Shown here: positions 45,455 through 50,906 of the stretch, in pieces
Position numbering within the stretch: position 1 is the first letter of the stretch
Layout: each line of letters begins with the position of its first letter
Made by a program: the position numbers and the translations under genes
The notes under the pieces: model-generated
Told to the model about the DNA's origin: nothing
The model's database searches: none
What the model saw: only the letters and a program-made list of their open reading frames with translations
Assembly (NCBI GenBank): GCA_020696395.1
Contig: JAEHCN010000002.1
Coordinates: 1 to 50,906 of the forward strand
DNA from: Thermoplasmata archaeon
Lineage (GTDB): Archaea; Thermoplasmatota; Thermoplasmata; UBA10834
DNA: 50,906 bases
Reading direction: 5' to 3'

Positions 45455-46579
45455 ATGTTCCCCAACAGGGTGGCGTCGCTCCAGTTCTCCGGGATACGAA
45501 AGCTGTTCGAGGCAGCGCCTCCAGGGGCGATCAACCTCGGCCTGGGCGAGCCGGATATGCAGCCCCCGAAGGAGATGATCGAGGCGTTCAAGGACGCCCT
45601 GGACCGCGGGATGAACAAGTACGGTCCTAGCGCGGGGATTCCGGAGCTGAGGAAGGCGATAGCTGAGAACCTCAAGAGCTACAGAAGGGACGTCCTGGTC
45701 GAGAACATCATCATAACTGCCGGAGCGACGGAAGGCATGAGGATCGCTTGCGATACCATCCTCGGAAAAGGGGACGAAGCGCTGATCCCGAACCCGGGCT
45801 TCATCATATACGGTCCGGACGTGACCCTTGCAGGCGGAACGCCTGTCGAATACTCGCTCAGCCAGGAGAACAGCTTCTGGCCGGATCCGGACGAGATCCA
45901 GGAACTCGTGACTCCGAACACCAAGGCGATCGTGATTAACAGTCCGTCGAACCCGACAGGGGCCGTGTTCCCCGAGCACGTCGTCAAGGCGATCTGCGAC
46001 ATCGCGTCCGATAGGGATCTGTACATCCTGTCGGACGAGGTGTACCACAGCTTCGTCTACGAAGGCAAACACGTGTCCTTCGCACGCTTCCACGACGACA
46101 CGATAATAGTCAACTCGTTCTCCAAATCCCTCGCGACCACGGGATGGAGGATAGGATACGTCGCGACGTCCAAGGAGATCGTCGAGCAGCTGGCGAAGGT
46201 GCAGTACTACACGCTAGCCTGCCCGCCTACGGCCACCCAGCATGCGGTTCTCGCAGGGATGAAGATACGCAAGAGGTTCAGGGAGAGCATGCTGTCTGAA
46301 TTCAGGACGAGGCGAGACCTGATGATGAGGAAGCTGTCCGAGATCCCGTCGTTCCGGACGCCGCCTGTTGACGGCGCGTTCTATGTTTTCCCCAGATACT
46401 CACAGGAAACATCCTCGGACGAGTTCGCGCAGAGGTTGCTCAAGGCGGGCGTCATATGCGCTCCAGGGTCTGCGTTCGGCACGCGCGGAGAGGGACACCT
46501 GAGATTCTCGTACGCCAACTCGCAGGAGAACATCGAGAGGGGGCTGGAGATAGTGTCCGAGGTGGCGGAGACACTGTGA
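45455..46579 (+). CDS. class I/II pyridoxal-phosphate aminotransferase (aspartate aminotransferase-like)
   Basis: NLGLGEPD, NSPSNPTG and PLP-lysine motif SFSKSLATTGWRIGY. The ATG at 45455 is preferred to the GTG at 45437. Confidence 0.88.
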   Translation: MFPNRVASLQFSGIRKLFEAAPPGAINLGLGEPDMQPPKEMIEAFKDALDRGMNKYGPSAGIPELRKAIAENLKSYRRDVLVENIIITAGATEGMRIACDTILGKGDEALIPNPGFIIYGPDVTLAGGTPVEYSLSQENSFWPDPDEIQELVTPNTKAIVINSPSNPTGAVFPEHVVKAICDIASDRDLYILSDEVYHSFVYEGKHVSFARFHDDTIIVNSFSKSLATTGWRIGYVATSKEIVEQLAKVQYYTLACPPTATQHAVLAGMKIRKRFRESMLSEFRTRRDLMMRKLSEIPSFRTPPVDGAFYVFPRYSQETSSDEFAQRLLKAGVICAPGSAFGTRGEGHLRFSYANSQENIERGLEIVSEVAETL

Positions 46580-46600
46580 GCCAGCACTCGATACCAGCAG

Positions 46601-46610
46601 ATTTATATTA
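46601..46610 (+). promoter_or_regulatory. candidate TATA box for the flippase gene
   Basis: ATTTATATTA, 22-31 nt upstream of the ATG at 46632. This implies a short or absent leader. Confidence 0.4.
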
Positions 46611-46631
46611 CGCTCATTATCTTTAGGATGC

Positions 46632-48227
46632 ATGCCTGGGCAGGCGGCCGGAGGGGAAGACCATCCGAAGCGACTCATGGGCCCGAAGGCAGCTCTCTCA
46701 GTCACCAACAACGTCCTCGGTGCGCTCCTTAGCACGGCCGCCCTGATATTCATAGCGAAGAACATGGGAGCCGATGTCCTCGGCATACTCGGCTTCGGCG
46801 TTGCAGTCATCGGGGCGCTCAGCTTCCTCTCGGACTTCGGGGTCGGCTCGGTCCATATCCGCCAGATGAACTCCAGTGAGGACAAAAGCAAATGCATCGG
46901 AGCGTACGCCGTCATCCGGCTCATCCTCCTGGGCGTATTCTCGGTCGCAACGCTGATCCTGATAGAGTCCTGGAAGGACGGAACCGCAGGCGGTATGATG
47001 CCCAGCGGGGAGGCGCTCATTCCAACGGTGACGGACACGATGTACGTGTTCCTAGTGTACTACGTCCTGCTCGGGATCAGCCAGATCGCCACCCACACCT
47101 TCGACGCCATCGGCGCGCACGCCAAGGTACACGTGCCTTCGATCCTGGAACTCGTCGTCCGAGTCTCGTTCGTGATATACATAGCGCTATCGCCTTTGGG
47201 CGCGAGCACGAACGGGCCGGCGTTCCTCGCGTCAGCATATGCTGCTGGCATAATCGCGTCTATGATACTCGTGGCGCTCCTGATGAGACCCTACAGAATC
47301 TCCATGCCCGACAAGGAGACTTTGTGGAGGTACGTCACATCCCTTGCGCCCGTCTTCCTCGTGTCCGTAATCATCATAATCGACCTATATCTCGACAAGG
47401 CGGTCGTCGGCTACTTCTGGGGCGAGCACGAGCTGGGACTGTACTTCGGCGCACAGAGGATGGCGGTCTTCGTCGGGGTGTTCTCGTTATCGGTTGCCAC
47501 GCTCATCCTCCCATCCGTCACGACCTACTTCGTCCGAAAGGATGTCTCGGCCAGCTGGGACGTCGTGAACCAGGCTGAGAGATACGTCTCCCTGATAGTC
47601 ATACCCACTGCGGCGTTCTACCTCGTGTACGGCTCGGATATCCTGAGGGTGTTCCTCTCCGAGGAGTTCGTCGTCGCCGTGAGAAGCATGGACATGCTGG
47701 TCATGGCAAGCGCGGTCGTCGCGCTGGTAATACCACTTCGCTCCGTTCTCGCAGGGCTGGGAAGGCCCGTAACGCTGTTCCTGATCGGCCTTGCCGGCGT
47801 ACTGCTGCAGCTTGCCCTTCTTCTCATCCTCGTGCCCGACAACCTGTTCGGGGCCGAGATGTTCGGCCTGAAGAGGCAGGGCGCCGCTGGTGCCCTTCTA
47901 ATCTGCTCGATATACTACTTCTTCGTCCTCAGGTACATGGCCTGGAAGGTCGGCAGGATGCATCCTCACTCACGCTCCTTCAAGCACTTACTCAGCGCGA
48001 TAACGATGATCGGCGCGATGTACGTCTTGGATTGGGCTCTGATACCCACCATAGACTGGCTGGCCCTCATGCTGCTGGCCGTCGTGGGCGTGTTCGCGTA
48101 CGCGCTCTCCTCGTACTTCATGGGAGAGCTCGAGGCCTCGGACTACAGGTACTTCAAGACGATGCTGAACCCCCAGGATACGATGGAATACGTGGTCAAC
48201 GAGCTGGTAGGCAAGCGTGGGCAGTGA
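46632..48227 (+). CDS. oligosaccharide/polysaccharide flippase (MOP superfamily, Wzx-like)
   Basis: 531 aa with about 12-14 TM helices and the N-terminal pattern typical of polysaccharide-biosynthesis flippases. Confidence 0.7.
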   Translation: MPGQAAGGEDHPKRLMGPKAALSVTNNVLGALLSTAALIFIAKNMGADVLGILGFGVAVIGALSFLSDFGVGSVHIRQMNSSEDKSKCIGAYAVIRLILLGVFSVATLILIESWKDGTAGGMMPSGEALIPTVTDTMYVFLVYYVLLGISQIATHTFDAIGAHAKVHVPSILELVVRVSFVIYIALSPLGASTNGPAFLASAYAAGIIASMILVALLMRPYRISMPDKETLWRYVTSLAPVFLVSVIIIIDLYLDKAVVGYFWGEHELGLYFGAQRMAVFVGVFSLSVATLILPSVTTYFVRKDVSASWDVVNQAERYVSLIVIPTAAFYLVYGSDILRVFLSEEFVVAVRSMDMLVMASAVVALVIPLRSVLAGLGRPVTLFLIGLAGVLLQLALLLILVPDNLFGAEMFGLKRQGAAGALLICSIYYFFVLRYMAWKVGRMHPHSRSFKHLLSAITMIGAMYVLDWALIPTIDWLALMLLAVVGVFAYALSSYFMGELEASDYRYFKTMLNPQDTMEYVVNELVGKRGQ

Positions 48228-48240
48228 TCAGGCCAATTCG

Positions 48241-48250
48241 CTTTATAGCA
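48241..48250 (+). promoter_or_regulatory. candidate TATA box for the HutI-like gene
   Basis: CTTTATAGCA lies 36-45 nt upstream of the TTG start at 48286. A GGGAGGGAGGA Shine-Dalgarno-like run sits in between. Confidence 0.35.
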
Positions 48251-48285
48251 TATGAACGGAATTACGGCTGGGAGGGAGGACGACG

Positions 48286-49551
48286 TTGTCTGAGGAACTA
48301 TTCGTGGTCCACGCGTCAGAGCTGCTCACGATGCGAGGGCCCTGCAGGCCGAGAATCAAGGGAGAGATGTCCGACCTCGGCACCATCAGAGACGGCGCCG
48401 TGTACATCCGCGACGGGCTCATCGAGGCGGTAGGCGAGAGTTCCGACATCCTCCGCGACAACAGTGCGCACGGAGTCGACGTGATCGACGCATCCGGAAA
48501 GACCGTCATGCCTGGATTCGTCGACCCACACACGCATCTTGTGTTCGCCGGCTCGCGAGAGTTCGAGCTCGAGATGAAGCTCAAGCGCATGAGCTACATC
48601 GACATCCTGAGAGAAGGCGGTGGCATCCTCAGGACCATGAGGGACACCAGAGCGGCTTCACCAGACGACCTTTTCAGACAGTCGGAACAGCGACTCAGAA
48701 CGATGCTGCAGCACGGCTCGACGACCGTCGAGGGAAAATCGGGCTACGGCCTCGACAGGAAGACCGAGTTCAAGATTCTCGAGACGATGAGGAAACTCGA
48801 CGAGGCCTGCGAGGCCGATATCGTCCCCACATACATGGGAGCGCATGCAGTCCCGCCGGAGTTCACCGACGGCGCGGACGAGTACGTCCAGTTCATCATC
48901 GACGAGGTGCTGCTGGACCTTCCAGGGTCCGGTCTAGCCAGGTTCTGCGATGTCTTCTGCGAGAAGGGAGTGTTCACGGTCGCACAATCGAGGAAGGTGC
49001 TGCTCGCGGCGAAGGCTCTTGGGCTCGGGTTGAAGGTGCACGCCGACGAGTTCGAGCGCACAGGAGGGGCGGAGCTGGCGGCGGAAGTGGGGGCCGTGTC
49101 CGCAGACCATCTCGCGAGACCTTCGGACGACGGAATAATGGCGATGGCGAGGAAACAGGTGGTGGGCGTGCTCCTGCCCGGCACTACGTTCTCGTCCATG
49201 CTCGACGATTACGCGGAAGCCAGAAGGCTCATAGAACTGGGTGTCCCCGTCGCGCTCGCAACAGACCTCAACCCTAACTGCTGGAATCCGTCGATGCAGT
49301 TCACCATAACCCTGGCCTGCTACAACATGAAGATGTCCCCGGCAGAAGCGCTTGTCGCTTCAACGATAAACGCCGCGGCTGCCGTTGGGCTAGAGAAATC
49401 CGTCGGATCGCTCGAGCCGGGGAAGAAGGCGGACATTCTCATGATGGATGTCCCGAGCCACGCTCACATACCCTATCAGATGGGCGTCAATCTCTGCGAA
49501 GTCGTCCTCAAGGACGGGCGACCGGTCTTCTCGAGAGATGGGACGCGATGA
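48286..49551 (+). CDS. hutI: imidazolonepropionase-like amidohydrolase
   Basis: MPGFVDPHTHLVFAGSREFE, GGGILRT, EGKSGYGL and HADE metal-ligand blocks match HutI. TTG start. Confidence 0.8.
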   Translation: MSEELFVVHASELLTMRGPCRPRIKGEMSDLGTIRDGAVYIRDGLIEAVGESSDILRDNSAHGVDVIDASGKTVMPGFVDPHTHLVFAGSREFELEMKLKRMSYIDILREGGGILRTMRDTRAASPDDLFRQSEQRLRTMLQHGSTTVEGKSGYGLDRKTEFKILETMRKLDEACEADIVPTYMGAHAVPPEFTDGADEYVQFIIDEVLLDLPGSGLARFCDVFCEKGVFTVAQSRKVLLAAKALGLGLKVHADEFERTGGAELAAEVGAVSADHLARPSDDGIMAMARKQVVGVLLPGTTFSSMLDDYAEARRLIELGVPVALATDLNPNCWNPSMQFTITLACYNMKMSPAEALVASTINAAAAVGLEKSVGSLEPGKKADILMMDVPSHAHIPYQMGVNLCEVVLKDGRPVFSRDGTR

Positions 49552-49560
49552 ACGGACCCA

Positions 49561-49992
49561 CTAGACCCTCAGAATGACTATGCCGAGCACTACGGTGCCT
49601 ATCCCGACCCACTCCTGGAAGGTCATATTCTCCCGCAAGAACACTAGCGCCAACAGGGTCGTGAAGACCGCATTGGATGTTGCAATCGCGGCTGTGGCGC
49701 CTGTAGACATCTCGCCGTGGGACAAGGCAAAAGCGAACGTGAGCAATCCGACGCCGAGGAAGAGCCCGGCGGCGATTGGGAAGAGCAGCTTGGAGTCCAA
49801 GTTGATTGTCTCGCCCTTGAGAAGCAGATACGCGGACAGCGCTACCCCAAGGACACCCATGGTGACCCACATGACCGCTGTGAATAGTGTCGGGTCGATT
49901 CCCTCGTTCTTCTCGCCGTAGCTTATCAGAAAATTCGTCGCTCCCCAAAGCAGGAAAGTGCACACTGCGAACAGCAATGCGGATGTCAACAT
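49561..49992 (-). CDS. single-EamA-domain (half-size DMT superfamily) membrane protein
   Basis: 143 aa from the ATG at 49992, with about 5 TM helices (LFAVCTFLLWGATNFL...VVLGIVILRV). The ORF is open to 50076, but a TATA-like box at 50028-50040 supports the shorter form. Confidence 0.6.
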   Translation of the reverse strand: MLTSALLFAVCTFLLWGATNFLISYGEKNEGIDPTLFTAVMWVTMGVLGVALSAYLLLKGETINLDSKLLFPIAAGLFLGVGLLTFAFALSHGEMSTGATAAIATSNAVFTTLLALVFLRENMTFQEWVGIGTVVLGIVILRV

Positions 49993-50027
49993 GGTCCTTC
50001 GCTCCACGAGACGGCGTAGAAGTGGTC

Positions 50028-50040
50028 CTAATAAATAGAT
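50028..50040 (-). promoter_or_regulatory. candidate TATA box for the EamA-like gene
   Basis: Minus strand reads ATCTATTTATTAG, 36-48 nt upstream of the ATG at 49992. Confidence 0.35.
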
Positions 50041-50188
50041 TTGCTCGACCCAGAGTAGACGACGGGCGACTGCCATCGAGAGGACACAACTACGGTGTGG
50101 TCACGCATCTACACCTCTCACGGAGATTCTCGCGTGTTTGAAAACTTCTGAACCTCAGCTCTCGCCGCCTTGCCGAAAGTGTTCATAT

Positions 50189-50259
50189 CTAACTCCGAGT
50201 TAGGTGTTTCAGTCAGGTGTTTCATTCGAGTTAGATGTCGCATGAATCGCACGTGCGAT
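50189..50259. repeat. cluster of short direct repeats and palindromes in an intergenic region
   Basis: Hairpin CTAACT-CCG-AGTTAG at 50189-50203. AGGTGTTTCA occurs twice (50202-50211, 50215-50224) and CGAGTTAG twice (50196-50203, 50227-50234). Perfect 14-bp palindrome ATCGCACGTGCGAT at 50246-50259. Confidence 0.6.
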
Positions 50260-50296
50260 GCACGAAACCGTGTTCAAACAGGAACTCATACCGTCA

Positions 50297-50316
50297 GAAA
50301 AGGCCATAGTGGCGGA
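50297..50316 (+). repeat. intergenic repeat motif, copy D (GAAAAGGCCATAGTGGCGGA)
   Basis: 19/20 identity to the reverse complement of 2146-2165 and 2952-2971. Confidence 0.65.
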
Positions 50317-50467
50317 AGGCAAAATAGGCAGGCATCCACTCAGGCTTGAAACATCGATTCTTGGCGCATCTCAACAGACAATCTGTCTCCGATGGTTCAT
50401 CAATTGAGGAGCCCACTCCTCATGATACTGCTCCGTAACCGACAAATGGGTACTCGACTGGCCTGCC

Positions 50468-50906
50468 CTACTTCATAGTAATTACAACCTTTCCTCTTGC
50501 GCGATTTGTCCCCACGTAGTCTATGGCTTCAGGGATCTCAGGGAAAGTGTACGTCCTATCAATAACAGGCTTGAGCTTCCCGGTTTCGAGCATTTCTTTC
50601 AGAGTGACGAAGTCCTCATGACTCGGCCTAGTCATGAATGGACGACCCACACTGCGCATGAATATCGACAGTAAAGCCGCCTTCATCACATAACTCATCC
50701 CACCATGACCGCTGTTTGGCAACACTACGCCCCCCTTTGCCAGAGCACGCCTGTAAGCTGAGAACGATTGGTTGGCGACATTGTCGAGAATCAGATCGTA
50801 CCGATTACCACTTCTTGTGAAATCCTCATTGGTATAATCCACCACATGGTCTGCGCCGAGCGCGCGGACCATTTCGACGTTCCTCGAACTGCATACCCCA
50901 GTGACT
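50468..50906 (-). CDS. zinc-type (MDR family) alcohol dehydrogenase / quinone oxidoreductase, C-terminal part (5' end beyond window)
   Basis: RALGADHVVDY... KPVIDRTYTFPEIPEAIDYVGTNRARGKVVI is a typical MDR C-terminus. The frame stays open to the window edge. Confidence 0.75.
   Translation of the reverse strand, partial: VTGVCSSRNVEMVRALGADHVVDYTNEDFTRSGNRYDLILDNVANQSFSAYRRALAKGGVVLPNSGHGGMSYVMKAALLSIFMRSVGRPFMTRPSHEDFVTLKEMLETGKLKPVIDRTYTFPEIPEAIDYVGTNRARGKVVITMK

Noticed and set aside
1-50906. CRISPR arrays, rRNA genes, intact IS elements and toxin-antitoxin or other defence cassettes.
   Set aside because: No regularly spaced direct repeats, rRNA-like segments, transposase ORFs or recognisable defence gene motifs were seen on either strand. 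The only mobile-element trace is the integrase/tRNA relic at 1804-2047.

Overview
GC-rich, gene-dense 50.9-kb chromosomal window that reads as archaeal. Supporting signs are two DUF835 proteins, an AsnRS-like asparagine synthetase paralogue, solute-binding and surface proteins anchored by C-terminal TM helices, A/T-rich TATA-like boxes 25-50 nt upstream of many starts, and frequent GTG/TTG starts. No lineage can be assigned from this window.

Gene content in order:
- a clostripain-like (C11) peptidase next to a decayed integrase fragment and a tRNA 3' half
- a small signalling/unknown block: HAD hydrolase, DUF835, a Cys-rich mini-protein, a PAS-GAF-GAF histidine kinase and a DUF362/ferredoxin protein
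- a 1743-aa repeat-rich, acidic cell-surface protein
- an Opp/Dpp-type ABC importer lacking ATPase genes, whose second permease carries an N-terminal double-PKD module
- a corrinoid methyl-transfer cluster: pterin-binding methyltransferase, CorA, corrinoid protein and two tandem pyrrolysine-free MttB-family methyltransferases
- Lrp/AsnC divergent from an AsnA-like gene
- a large amino-acid biosynthesis block (thrB, thrC, hom, lysC, ilvD, pheA, leuA/cimA, leuC, leuD, leuB)
- a degraded second C11 peptidase copy, an aminotransferase, a flippase, a HutI-like amidohydrolase, a half-size EamA transporter and a truncated MDR dehydrogenase

No rRNA, CRISPR array or intact tRNA was seen.

Most notable observations:
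1. the non-Pyl MttB / corrinoid / pterin methyl-transfer module
2. a conserved ~20-nt intergenic motif (GAAAAGGCCATAGGGGCGGA) present four times, two copies belonging to a longer ~65-nt element
3. the integrase relic plus tRNA 3' half junction
4. the giant surface protein with a duplicated Trp-rich module that I do not recognise

All functional calls rest on motif recognition by eye, not on database searches.
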